In this document: one piece after another, positions 17,785 to 26,650 of the stretch
Position numbering within the stretch: the stretch's first letter is position 1
How the letters are laid out: every line of letters starts with the position of its first letter
Assembly (NCBI GenBank): GCA_043800555.1
Contig: JAZDMX010000023.1
Span: 9,101 to 73,100 of the forward strand
Length of the DNA: 64,000 bases
Source of the DNA: Candidatus Omnitrophota bacterium
GTDB lineage: Bacteria > Omnitrophota > Gorgyraeia > Gygaellales > Profunditerraquicolaceae
Reading direction: 5' to 3'
Translations under genes and position numbers: made by a program
Notes under the pieces: model-generated
Databases searched by the model: none
What the model saw: only the letters and a program-made list of their open reading frames with translations
Told to the model about the DNA's origin: nothing

Positions 17785-18601
17785 AACCGGAGTTAAAGAT
17801 ATCCTTTCCCTGAAAAACAAACGCAAAATAACAATGCTTACCGCTTACGACTACCCGATAGCCGAACTAGTGGATAAAGCGGGCATCGATATGATTTTAG
17901 TAGGCGACTCTTTGGCAAATGTGGTATTGGGGCTTGACTCAACCACTAAAATAGGGATGGCGGAAATGCTCCACCACGCAAAAGCCGTGAAGCGCGCGGT
18001 AAAACAGGCGCTGGTTATCGCAGATATGCCTTATGAATCCTACCAGGTCAATACGCAAGAATCCGTAAAAAACGCAAAGAGGTTTATCGACGAAGCCGGT
18101 TGCGACGCGATAAAGCTGGAATGGTTTGATAAATGCCCCGCGGTCACCGAAGAAATTGTAAAATCCGGGATACCGGTAATGGGGCATATCGGGCTTACCC
18201 CTCAAACCGCGGATAAGTTAGGCGGTTTTAAGGTCCAGGGCAAGGACGCCAACGCTGCCCGCAAACTGATAGAAGAGGCGCAAATACTGGAGGGCTTGGG
18301 CTGCTTTTCGATCGTCCTGGAATGCGTCCCGGATAAATTAGCCGAAATTATTACTAAAAAAGTAAAAATACCGACCATAGGGATAGGGGCCGGCATAAAT
18401 TGCGACGGGCAAGTGCTGGTCATCAATGACATGCTCGGGCTCTTTGAACGCTACACTCCGAAATTCGTTAAAAAATATTTAAACCTTTCTACGTTGGTCC
18501 TTAAGGCCGTCCAAGATTATAAAAACGAGGTGCTCGAAGGAAAATTTCCCGCCAGAGAGCATTCTTTCAGCATCAAAGAAGAGGAATTGAAAAAAATATG
18601 A
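17774..18601 (+). CDS. panB: 3-methyl-2-oxobutanoate hydroxymethyltransferase
   Basis: PanB signature ITMLTAYDYP...ILVGDSLANVVLG...IADMPY. Confidence 0.9.
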   Translation: MENKTGVKDILSLKNKRKITMLTAYDYPIAELVDKAGIDMILVGDSLANVVLGLDSTTKIGMAEMLHHAKAVKRAVKQALVIADMPYESYQVNTQESVKNAKRFIDEAGCDAIKLEWFDKCPAVTEEIVKSGIPVMGHIGLTPQTADKLGGFKVQGKDANAARKLIEEAQILEGLGCFSIVLECVPDKLAEIITKKVKIPTIGIGAGINCDGQVLVINDMLGLFERYTPKFVKKYLNLSTLVLKAVQDYKNEVLEGKFPAREHSFSIKEEELKKI

Positions 18602-19311
18602 AGAAAAAAACCGTAAAGTTGTTTACGCCCATACTTTTGTTTTGCATAGCAATAGCTTTTGTGGTAAAATTCGGCCTCCCGCAGCTCTTACGCGCCTATA
18701 TAACAACCGGTATCGGCAGCTGCTCGGCCATCCCGATTTTATGCCTGCAGCCACAGGGTGCGACGGAAGCTTTTACGGTAGATAAGGCTTATATTCAAGA
18801 ACTCATTCCTTACGAATTCCCCAAAACAAAGCTGCTGGCGCCCAAGGGATTTAAAGTCGTCCAAGAGCTGATAGCCAAGCCCTATTACAAAAGGAAAAAA
18901 CCAAACAGCGCAGAACCCGTAATTTACGTGCTGCACGAACCGCCGGAATTCTTCATCAAGCTTTTCCCCCAGGTAAAAAACGCGGGGGTCAGGAATAACT
19001 ACGACTTTATGCGCCGCCTGATGCACGCGAATGAATCCGGCATAAATAGCGTAGATGAAGCTTTTTTTGTAATCCTGAAAAGCATTTTCACCCCGGATTT
19101 AGGGAACCAGCAAACGGTAAAAATGATCCAGTTTAAACTGGATGGCCGTAATTATTTCATAAACTACAATCTGGCCGGGCCCGCATACTTCTTTGACTGC
19201 ACAATACTGACAGAAGAAGGGGATTTCTTTAAGGTCTATATAAAAGACAGGTTGAAACAATTGGATTTAAACAAAGTAGTTTCGATTATATCTACAATTT
19301 GCCCTGCTTAG
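18598..19311 (+). CDS. Hypothetical membrane-anchored/secreted protein
   Basis: An N-terminal hydrophobic segment is present. I recognise no family. Confidence 0.35.
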   Translation: MKKKTVKLFTPILLFCIAIAFVVKFGLPQLLRAYITTGIGSCSAIPILCLQPQGATEAFTVDKAYIQELIPYEFPKTKLLAPKGFKVVQELIAKPYYKRKKPNSAEPVIYVLHEPPEFFIKLFPQVKNAGVRNNYDFMRRLMHANESGINSVDEAFFVILKSIFTPDLGNQQTVKMIQFKLDGRNYFINYNLAGPAYFFDCTILTEEGDFFKVYIKDRLKQLDLNKVVSIISTICPA

Positions 19312-19474
19312 GGAAAGCGGCCATTTTTTCATACGCTACCGGCTAAAAGAACGAATAACCCGGCGCCCCTAAAGTAATTTGCTTGATTTTTGCATCAAAC
19401 TGTGCTAAAAATAAAAGTCTTGTGGGCCCGTTAGGAAATAAATCCTGGCGGGGTAGGCAGGAGTTTCTGGCGAA

Positions 19475-20776
19475 ATGAGCGAAAACCTGATGGAAAAGAT
19501 AGTTTCCCTTTGCAAGCGCAGAGGTTTTATATTCCAGTCTTCGGATATCTACGGAGGCTTGAGCAATACCTGGGATTACGGCCCGTTCGGCGTGGAGCTT
19601 AAGAATAACCTTAAACGCGCCTGGTGGAAAGCCAATGTTTACGAGCGTAACGATATCTTCGGGATGGACGCGGCTATCCTTATGCATCCTAAAACATGGG
19701 AGGCTTCGGGGCACGTTCATAACTTTTTCGATTTAAAAAGCGATTGCAAGGGCTGCAAGAAGCGTTTTAAAAGCGAGGACCTTAAAGATAAAACCAAATG
19801 CCCCGAGTGCGGGGGAACGCTTACCGAGGCCAGGCCCTTTAACCTGATGTTCAAAACCTACCAGGGCCCGGTGGAAGAAAGCGGCAATGAAATATATATG
19901 CGGCCTGAAACAGCCCAGGGGATGTTCGTAAATTTCCCCAATATCCTGGACTCCAAACACCCTAAGCTGCCTTTTGGCCTGGCGCAGATCGGAAAATCTT
20001 TCCGCAATGAAATCACTCCGGGAAATTTTACTTTTCGCACCCGCGAATTCGAACAGATGGAAATTGAGTACTTCGTCCGGCCTCCTGAGGCAGACAGGGC
20101 GCTTGAGGAATGGATTAAATACCGCTTTGACTGGTACTTAAACCTTGGGTTAAAAAAGGATAACCTAAGGCAGCGGCAGCACGGCAAAGATGAACTGGCG
20201 CATTACGCGCACGCCTGCACCGATGTTGAGTATAATTTTCCCTTTGGATGGAGCGAACTGGAGGGCATTGCCAACCGGGCTGATTTTGATTTGAAGCAAC
20301 ATGCTCAATACAGTGGCAAAGACCTGCGGTATTTTGATGACGCGGCAAAAGAAAGATTTTACCCCTATATAATCGAGCCTTCAGGCGGAGTTGACCGGGC
20401 GGTATTGGCGTTTTTGGTGGATGCCTATCACGAAGAAAAAGTCAGAGAAGACATCCGCGTTGTTTTAAAAATCCACAAAGACCTTGCCCCCACAAAAGTG
20501 GCAGTGTTGCCGCTTTTAAGGAACAGGCCGGAGATAGTGGAGTTGGCCAGGAAAATAGCCCAGGAGCTGAAGAAAACTATTGTTACGGTTTATGATGACA
20601 CCGGGGCAATCGGTAAGCTTTACAGAAGGCAGGATGAAGTAGGGACGCTTTTTTGCGTTACGGTTGACGTGCAGAGCCTGGAGGATAAACTCGTTACTGT
20701 GCGCGAGCGCGACACTATGCAACAGGAGAGGATCCCGGCAGAGAAATTAAAAGAATATCTAACCAATAAAACCTGA
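19475..20776 (+). CDS. glyQS: Glycine--tRNA ligase (single-chain alpha2 type)
   Basis: GlyRS class II pattern (FQSSDIYGGL, MRPETAQG, PFGLAQIGKSFRNEITP) with a C-terminal anticodon-binding domain. Confidence 0.9.
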   Translation: MSENLMEKIVSLCKRRGFIFQSSDIYGGLSNTWDYGPFGVELKNNLKRAWWKANVYERNDIFGMDAAILMHPKTWEASGHVHNFFDLKSDCKGCKKRFKSEDLKDKTKCPECGGTLTEARPFNLMFKTYQGPVEESGNEIYMRPETAQGMFVNFPNILDSKHPKLPFGLAQIGKSFRNEITPGNFTFRTREFEQMEIEYFVRPPEADRALEEWIKYRFDWYLNLGLKKDNLRQRQHGKDELAHYAHACTDVEYNFPFGWSELEGIANRADFDLKQHAQYSGKDLRYFDDAAKERFYPYIIEPSGGVDRAVLAFLVDAYHEEKVREDIRVVLKIHKDLAPTKVAVLPLLRNRPEIVELARKIAQELKKTIVTVYDDTGAIGKLYRRQDEVGTLFCVTVDVQSLEDKLVTVRERDTMQQERIPAEKLKEYLTNKT

Positions 20777-20830
20777 TTCCAAACCCGCATTGGAATCAGG
20801 TTCGGTTAAATTCCAATGCGGGTTTGGAAT
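20776..20830 (+). promoter_or_regulatory. 21-bp perfect inverted repeat (each arm itself hairpin-capable) between glyQS and ppdK
   Basis: ATTCCAAACCCGCATTGGAAT (20776-20796) and its exact reverse complement ATTCCAATGCGGGTTTGGAAT (20810-20830). The repeat starts at the glyQS stop codon. Confidence 0.6.
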
Positions 20831-20857
20831 GATAAGAAAGGAAGGGTTTCAAAGACA

Positions 20858-23596
20858 ATGAAAGGCAAAAAATACGTTTACAGCTTCGGTGGCGGCAAGG
20901 CGGACGGCAATGAAAGCATGAAAAATCTTTTAGGCGGCAAAGGCGCTAATCTGGCGGAAATGGCCGGCCATAAAAATTTAAAGCTTCCTGTCCCACCGGG
21001 TTTCAGCATCACCACGGAAGTATGCACTTATTATTACGGACATAAAAAGTCTTATCCTAAAGAATTAAAAACGCAGGTTGAAAAAGCGTTGTCTTGCGTC
21101 GAGAAACTTATGGGCAGAAAGTTCGGCGACCCGGTAAATCCTCTTTTGGTTTCGGTGCGCTCCGGAGCCCGCAAATCCATGCCCGGAATGATGGAAACAG
21201 TTTTAAACGTCGGATTGACCGAAAAGACTATTCCCGGCCTGGCAAAACAGGCAGGGGGGAACGAGCGCTTTGTTTACGACGCCTACCGCAGGCTGATTAT
21301 GATGTACTCCGACGTAGTTATGGAAAAGGCGGCAGGCATCGAGCCAAAGGACGATATGGGGATCCGTAAGCAGTTAGAAAGGATTATGGATGAAGTAAAA
21401 CGCAAAAGAGGCTCTAAAGCGGATACGGATTTGACTACCGCGGATTTAAAAGAAATCTGCGCGAAGTTTAAAATAAGGATCAAAGAGGTTTTGGGCAAAG
21501 AGTTCCCGGATGAGCCAACCGCCCAGCTATGGGGAGGCATTAGCGCGGTATTTTCTTCCTGGAACGGCAAACGCGCCATAAGCTACCGCCGCATCGAAGG
21601 CATACCGGATGAATGGGGAACAGCGGTAAACGTGCAAACCATGGTCTTCGGGAACATGGGCGATGATTCGGCCACCGGAGTAGCTTTTACCCGCAACCCC
21701 GGAAACGGAGACGCGCATTTCTACGGCGAATACTTAATCAACGCGCAAGGCGAAGACGTAGTTGCCGGCATCCGGACCCCGGCGCCAATCAATACATTTT
21801 CCCAGTCAGCGCACAATAAAGACCTGGTGACCCTTGAAAAAGCAATGCCAAAAATTTACAAAGAGCTTTTCGCCATCCAGGAACGCCTGGAAAACCATTA
21901 CCGCGATATGCAGGATATTGAGTTTACTATCGAAAAGGGCAGGCTTTTTATGCTGCAATGCCGCGTTGGAAAACGCAACGGCCCGGCAGCAGTGCGTATG
22001 GCAATGGATATGATCAAAGAAAAACTGATTAAGAAAGAAGAAGCGGTTATGCGCGTAACGCCGGCCCAATTGGACGAATTACTGCACCCGATTATTGACC
22101 CTAAGGTAGAAGCGGTAAATAAACCATTGGTCAAAGGCTTGCCTGCCGGACCGGGAGGCGCCTGCGGGCAGATTGTTGTTAACGCCAAGGACGCGGTGGC
22201 CGGGAAATCAGAAGGGAAGAACGGAATACTTTTACGCGAAGAAACAAACCCGGAAGACGTTGAAGGCATGCGCGCGGCGGAAGCAATTCTTACTGCCCGC
22301 GGCGGCATGACCAGCCACGCGGCATTGGTTGCCCGCGGATGGGGCAAATGCTGCATCGTAGGCTGCAGCGCGCTGCATGTTGACTCGGAAAACAAGACAA
22401 TCACCGCAAGCGGAAAAACCTTAAAAGAAGGCGACTGGATCACCCTTAACGGGACCAAAGGCACGGTATATGAAGGAAAGCTGGCGATGATGGATGCCTC
22501 CGAAGAAAATACGATGCTGATGGATTTCTTGAAAATCTGCGGCACCATTAAAAAACTCGGTATCCGCACCAACGCCGAAACTCCGGAAGACGCCGCCAAA
22601 GCCCGCCAATTCGGGGCCGAAGGTATAGGCCTCTTCAGGACAGAGCATATGTTCTACGGAAAAGGCGCGGATGCGCCGTTATTTATCCTGCGCAAAATGA
22701 TTATTTCGAAAACTACGGAAGAAAGGAAGAAAGCGACAGAAGAACTCTTCCCCTACGTAAAGAAAGACATTAAAGGGACGCTTGAGGCAATGGACGGCTT
22801 TCCCGTAGTCATCCGCCTGCTTGATCCGCCCCTGCATGAGTTTGTGCCCCGCGAACAGGAGAAACTGGAAGAGCTCGCCCGGGAATTGAATATAAGCATG
22901 GAAGAGCTTTCCAAGCGCGCCGAAAACCTGCATGAATCTAACCCGATGATGGGCCACCGCGGCGTGCGTTTAGGCGTAACCTATCCGGAGATTAGCGAAA
23001 TGCAGATACGCGCCATATTCGAAGCTTCTGCCGAATTAATCAAGGAAGGCAAAAAGCCTTACCCGGAAATCATGATCCCGGTTGTCTGCGACGTTAAAGA
23101 GCTTGCCGATCAAATTGTAATAGCCAAGGCGGTTTACGCGCAAACTCTAAAAAAATACAATATCAAGGCCATCAAGCACATGTTTGGGACAATGATCGAG
23201 ATCCCGCGCGCGGCATTAGTGGCTGATAAGATCGCCACAGTGGCGCAATTCTTCTCATTCGGGACCAATGATTTGACCCAGATGGGCTTTGGATTTTCAC
23301 GCGACGATATCGGAGGGTTCTTGCCGGAGTACATTAAAAAAGGCATCCTGGCGGTAGACCCGTTTCAAAGCATAGACCAGGAAGGTATCGGCCAACTAAT
23401 CCAAATTGGCATCGAAAGAGGCAGGAAAACCAATAAAAAACTTGAGGTGGGAATTTGCGGCGAGCATGGAGGCGAGCCAAAATCAGTCGAATTCTGCCAT
23501 AAAGTAGGGATGAATTACGTGAGCTGTTCGCCGTTTCGCGTTCCAATCGCCAAGCTTGCGGCAGCCCAGGCAGTCTTGAAAGAAAAGAAAAAATAA
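20858..23596 (+). CDS. ppdK: Pyruvate, phosphate dikinase
   Basis: ATP-grasp N-terminus (GGKGANLAEM), phosphohistidine domain (GGMTSHAALVARGWGKCCIVG) and PEP-utilising C-terminus. The ATG at 20858 has an RBS; the track start at 20816 is an extension. Confidence 0.9.
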   Translation: MKGKKYVYSFGGGKADGNESMKNLLGGKGANLAEMAGHKNLKLPVPPGFSITTEVCTYYYGHKKSYPKELKTQVEKALSCVEKLMGRKFGDPVNPLLVSVRSGARKSMPGMMETVLNVGLTEKTIPGLAKQAGGNERFVYDAYRRLIMMYSDVVMEKAAGIEPKDDMGIRKQLERIMDEVKRKRGSKADTDLTTADLKEICAKFKIRIKEVLGKEFPDEPTAQLWGGISAVFSSWNGKRAISYRRIEGIPDEWGTAVNVQTMVFGNMGDDSATGVAFTRNPGNGDAHFYGEYLINAQGEDVVAGIRTPAPINTFSQSAHNKDLVTLEKAMPKIYKELFAIQERLENHYRDMQDIEFTIEKGRLFMLQCRVGKRNGPAAVRMAMDMIKEKLIKKEEAVMRVTPAQLDELLHPIIDPKVEAVNKPLVKGLPAGPGGACGQIVVNAKDAVAGKSEGKNGILLREETNPEDVEGMRAAEAILTARGGMTSHAALVARGWGKCCIVGCSALHVDSENKTITASGKTLKEGDWITLNGTKGTVYEGKLAMMDASEENTMLMDFLKICGTIKKLGIRTNAETPEDAAKARQFGAEGIGLFRTEHMFYGKGADAPLFILRKMIISKTTEERKKATEELFPYVKKDIKGTLEAMDGFPVVIRLLDPPLHEFVPREQEKLEELARELNISMEELSKRAENLHESNPMMGHRGVRLGVTYPEISEMQIRAIFEASAELIKEGKKPYPEIMIPVVCDVKELADQIVIAKAVYAQTLKKYNIKAIKHMFGTMIEIPRAALVADKIATVAQFFSFGTNDLTQMGFGFSRDDIGGFLPEYIKKGILAVDPFQSIDQEGIGQLIQIGIERGRKTNKKLEVGICGEHGGEPKSVEFCHKVGMNYVSCSPFRVPIAKLAAAQAVLKEKKK

Positions 23597-23603
23597 TCGG
23601 GCA

Positions 23604-23624
23604 GGGGCGGCGCAGAACCGCCCC
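23604..23624 (+). other. GC-rich hairpin between ppdK and the sigma factor gene (no T-tract)
   Basis: GGGGCGG cgcagaa CCGCCCC. There is no U-run after it, so it is not a canonical terminator. Confidence 0.35.
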
Positions 23625-23635
23625 TGAGTAAAATT

Positions 23636-24451
23636 ATGGAAGCGTTAAAAACATACCTTAAGGAAATCCGCGATATACCTTTGTTAACCGCTGAAGAAGA
23701 AATTTTCTTAAGCCGCAAGGTCCGAAAAGGGGATGAACAGGCGCGCAAGAAAATGATCCAAGCTAACCTGCGCCTGGTAATCAACATCGCCAAAAGATAC
23801 ATGCGCTTAGGCACGCCTTTTCTGGATTTGATCGAAGAGGGCAACCTGGGGTTAATGAAGGCGGTAGAAAGGTTTAACCCTAAAAAGGGTTTTCGTTTTT
23901 CGACATACGCTGCCTGGTGGATCAAGCAGGCGATTACGCGCTCTATTTCCGAACAAGGCAAGATGATCCGCATCCCGGTGTATATGAACGATATAATCAC
24001 CAAATGGCGCAAAACCAAAGAACGCCTGAGCCAAAAGCTAAAATACATCCCCACTGACGAAGAGATAGCCAAGAAATTGAAAATCCCCCGAGACAAGATA
24101 AGCCAGATAAATTTCTGGATGTCCACATCGACTTCTTCGCTGGAAGCCCCTATCGGCGAAGATAGCGAAGGCAAAGTTTCGGATTTAATCGAAGATACCG
24201 CCTCTTTGCAGCCGGATAACGAAATCGACCATATCCTGGACAAAGAAAGAGTGGAAAACCTGCTGGAGATAATGAATGAGCGGGAGCGCGAAATCCTGGA
24301 CATGCGCTTTGGCCTGGAAGACAAAGAGCCGCGGACTTTAGCGGAAGTTGCCAAAAAACTAGGAGTTTCCAGGGAAAGGATCCGCCAGATCGAAGAAACT
24401 GCTTTATTGAAAATAAGAAAATTCGTGGAGGGGACCAAAGGGGAACTCTAA
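23636..24451 (+). CDS. RNA polymerase sigma factor, sigma-70 family (compact RpoD/RpoS-like, 271 aa)
   Basis: Region 2 (DLIEEGNLGLMKAVERFNPKKGFRFSTYAAWWIKQAI), region 3 (IRIPVYM) and a region 4 HTH (LAEVAKKLGVSRERIRQIE). Confidence 0.8.
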   Translation: MEALKTYLKEIRDIPLLTAEEEIFLSRKVRKGDEQARKKMIQANLRLVINIAKRYMRLGTPFLDLIEEGNLGLMKAVERFNPKKGFRFSTYAAWWIKQAITRSISEQGKMIRIPVYMNDIITKWRKTKERLSQKLKYIPTDEEIAKKLKIPRDKISQINFWMSTSTSSLEAPIGEDSEGKVSDLIEDTASLQPDNEIDHILDKERVENLLEIMNEREREILDMRFGLEDKEPRTLAEVAKKLGVSRERIRQIEETALLKIRKFVEGTKGEL

Positions 24452-24485
24452 AAACATCCCCAGCTTAAACCGCAGGAGCCAAACA

Positions 24486-25019
24486 ATGAAAAACGATGCC
24501 ATGCTGGAGAAAGCAATAGTCAATATACTCGATTTTCCCAAACCGGGGATAATTTTCCGGGATATAACTTCTTTGATCCAGGACAAAAAGGCTTTCAAAA
24601 AATCCGTGGATTTGCTGGCCGCCAAATATAAAAATGAGAGAATAGATAAAGTAGTTGGGGTGGAGGCGCGCGGATTCATCTTTGGCGCGGCTATTGCCCG
24701 TAAAATAGGGGCCGGTTTTGTCCCTGTCCGCAAAAAAGGAAAGCTCCCCCGCAAAACAATTTCCGCAACTTATGAATTGGAATATGGGACAGATACCCTG
24801 GAGATCCACGAAGACGCGATAAGGCCGGGCGAAAGGATCCTGGTTATCGATGATCTTTTAGCTACCGGCGGCACGGTAAAGGCCGTAACCGGACTCATAA
24901 ATCAGCTGAAGGGCAAAATCCGGGGAATCGGTTTTGTAATAGAACTGGTTGACCTGAACGGCAGGGATAAACTAAAAGGTTACCCTGTTTTCTCCCTGGT
25001 AACCTTTAAAGGGCATTAA
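24486..25019 (+). CDS. apt: Adenine phosphoribosyltransferase
   Basis: PRTase motif ILVIDDLLATGGT. Size and N-terminal pattern are APRT-like. Confidence 0.85.
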   Translation: MKNDAMLEKAIVNILDFPKPGIIFRDITSLIQDKKAFKKSVDLLAAKYKNERIDKVVGVEARGFIFGAAIARKIGAGFVPVRKKGKLPRKTISATYELEYGTDTLEIHEDAIRPGERILVIDDLLATGGTVKAVTGLINQLKGKIRGIGFVIELVDLNGRDKLKGYPVFSLVTFKGH

Positions 25020-25024
25020 ATTTT

Positions 25025-25085
25025 GCCCCTGTAGCTCATAAGGATACCTGCCTGCCGGCAGGCAGGGAGCAACAGTTTCCTAAAC
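25025..25085 (+). pseudogene. 5' portion of a disrupted tRNA-Arg(CCU)-like gene (acceptor 5' strand, D-arm with a 20-bp palindrome inserted, anticodon arm 5' strand and loop)
   Basis: GCCCCTG TA GCTC ATAAGGATA [CCTGCCTGCCGGCAGGCAGG] GAGC A ACAGT TTCCTAA AC. About 85% identical to the 5' half of the intact tRNA at 25340-25413. It breaks right after the anticodon loop, where the GIY-YIG ORF starts. Confidence 0.6.
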
Positions 25086-25087
25086 AC

Positions 25088-25378
25088 ATGTATTACGTTT
25101 ATGCCCTAAAATCAGTTAAGTACGATAGAATATATATTGGCATAACTAAAGATTTAAAAAATAGAGTTAAAGAGCATAATTCGGGGAAAACGAAATCTAC
25201 AAAATTTTATAAACCTTGGATATTGTTTTATTCAGAAATAGTTGATTCTCGTATAAACGCGAGAAAACGGGAAAAACAACTTAAATCGGGTTACGGTAAA
25301 GAGTTTTTAAAGAACAGGCGTAATATTAAACTCTTTAATGCGCCTGTAGCTCACACGGATAGAGCAAGAGTTTCCTAA
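25088..25378 (+). CDS. Stand-alone GIY-YIG (URI-domain) nuclease, COG2827-like
   Basis: YVYALKSVKYDRIYIGITKDLKNRVKEHNSGK...KPWILFYSE...ARKREKQLK. The 3' end of the ORF reads into the following tRNA gene. Confidence 0.8.
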   Translation: MYYVYALKSVKYDRIYIGITKDLKNRVKEHNSGKTKSTKFYKPWILFYSEIVDSRINARKREKQLKSGYGKEFLKNRRNIKLFNAPVAHTDRARVS

Positions 25379-25413
25379 ACTCTGGGTAGCAGGTTCGACT
25401 CCTGCCAGGCGCA
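25340..25413 (+). tRNA. tRNA-Arg (anticodon CCT)
   Basis: Manual cloverleaf: GCGCCTG / TA / GCTC-ACACGGATA-GAGC / A / AGAGT-TTCCTAA-ACTCT / GGGTA / GCAGG-TTCGACT-CCTGC / CAGGCGC / A. Anticodon CCT at 25374-25376. No encoded CCA. Confidence 0.75.
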
Positions 25414-25436
25414 TATGATTCTTAGTTATCGGTGTG

Positions 25437-25481
25437 GCAGGTTCCTGCCTGCCGGCAGGCAGGCGATTCCTGCCAGGGGCA
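25437..25481 (+). pseudogene. 3' portion of the disrupted tRNA-Arg-like gene (T-arm with the same 20-bp palindrome inserted, acceptor 3' strand)
   Basis: GCAGG TTC[CTGCCTGCCGGCAGGCAGG]CGATT CCTGC CAGGGGC A. CAGGGGC pairs with GCCCCTG at 25025-25031. No 3' anticodon-stem strand is present. Confidence 0.55.
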
Positions 25482-25509
25482 TATAATTCTTAATCCATGA
25501 GCGTTTTTC

Positions 25510-26169
25510 ATGTATAACTGCAATCTCCACGCGCATACCTTATTAAGCGACGGCCAGCTGCTTCCTTCGGAAGTGGCTGTGCGCTATCTTGATAAAGGAT
25601 ATAAAGTAATCGCGCTTACCGACCACGCCGATTACAGCAATATAAAATCAATCTGCCAGGCGGTAATTAAATTCTGCCGTATGTGGCCTGCGGATTCAAA
25701 AATCAAGGTCCTGCCGGGGATAGAATTAACGCACCTGCCTCCGGGGCAATTCAAGCCTTTGGCAGCTTACGCCAGAAAACAAGGCATAAAGATAATCCTA
25801 GCCCACGGGGAAACTCCGATTGAGCCCGTAGTCAAAGACACCAACAGGCTGGCGCTTTTGGCGGATATCGATATCCTCGCCCATCCGGGGCTGATTACGG
25901 ATGAGGATACCCTGCTGGCTAAAGAAAGAGGGGTATTCCTGGAGATTACCAGCCGCCAGGGGCACTCCGATACGAATGCACACGTAATCAACCAGGCAAG
26001 AAAACTGGGGGCCAAGTTAATCCTTGATCATGATGCCCACGCGCCGGAAGATATTATTTCTCCCGGGCAACTGGTTGAGATAGGGATAACGGCAGGCTTA
26101 TCTAAGGATGAAATAGATAAAATTGACGCAGATGTAAATGATTTTCTAAAGAAGAGGGGGGCCATATGA
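25510..26169 (+). CDS. PHP-domain (polymerase/histidinol phosphatase-like) metal-dependent phosphoesterase
   Basis: N-terminal CNLHAHTLLSDG and DHADYSN motifs, typical of the PHP domain. Confidence 0.7.
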   Translation: MYNCNLHAHTLLSDGQLLPSEVAVRYLDKGYKVIALTDHADYSNIKSICQAVIKFCRMWPADSKIKVLPGIELTHLPPGQFKPLAAYARKQGIKIILAHGETPIEPVVKDTNRLALLADIDILAHPGLITDEDTLLAKERGVFLEITSRQGHSDTNAHVINQARKLGAKLILDHDAHAPEDIISPGQLVEIGITAGLSKDEIDKIDADVNDFLKKRGAI

Positions 26170-26621
26170 ACAAAGGCGTATTAATCATAGCAACCGTATG
26201 TTTTTCATTAACGGGAATGCTTGGCTGCGCTTCGCTTTCCGATAAAAACGCATCCTCCCAAACCCTGCAAGCCCAGCAATCATCATTAAAATTCTCGGAT
26301 TTACCTATCCCGGCGGGATTTAGGATTTTAGAAAAAGATTCTTATTCCTTTGAAAGTTCCGGCATGCGCGTCGGGTTATTAAGATATAGAGGAAAGGCGA
26401 CGATTGACCAGGTAGTAAGTTTCTACAAAGAACAGATGCCGATGTATAACTGGGCCCTGTTGAACATCACGGAATACGGCGAATGCATAATGAACTTCGA
26501 GAGAGAACAAGAAAGCTGCATTATAAATATTATTCCTAACGGAAGCTCTTCTGTAATAAGCATAGCTATGGGCCCGAAATCCCAGGCTATATCTAAAAAG
26601 GCCAAGAAGCCGGTAAAATAA
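26166..26621 (+). CDS. Hypothetical lipoprotein
   Basis: Signal peptide and lipobox (LTGMLGCAS). I recognise no family. Confidence 0.4.
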   Translation: MNKGVLIIATVCFSLTGMLGCASLSDKNASSQTLQAQQSSLKFSDLPIPAGFRILEKDSYSFESSGMRVGLLRYRGKATIDQVVSFYKEQMPMYNWALLNITEYGECIMNFEREQESCIINIIPNGSSSVISIAMGPKSQAISKKAKKPVK

Positions 26622-26650
26622 ATACGGCTTTTAACAAGAATAAAGCGGCT

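Noticed and set aside
19312-19474. T-box leader upstream of glyQS
   Set aside because: The leader is only about 160 nt and lacks the AGGGTGGNACCGCG T-box sequence and a specifier-loop architecture.
21898-22599. 233-aa minus-strand ORF inside ppdK
   Set aside because: It is antisense to a strongly supported PPDK coding region. Shadow ORF.
23515-24438. 307-aa minus-strand ORF
   Set aside because: It lies entirely antisense to the well-supported sigma-70 factor gene and has a low-complexity Ser/Arg-rich translation. Shadow ORF.
25025-25481. Outer tRNA as a functional intron-containing tRNA (group I intron carrying the GIY-YIG ORF)
   Set aside because: No sequence able to form the 3' strand of the anticodon stem (ACTGT) precedes the T-arm. 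The insert also contains a complete second tRNA rather than intron P-elements. I treat it as a disrupted gene plus cassette.
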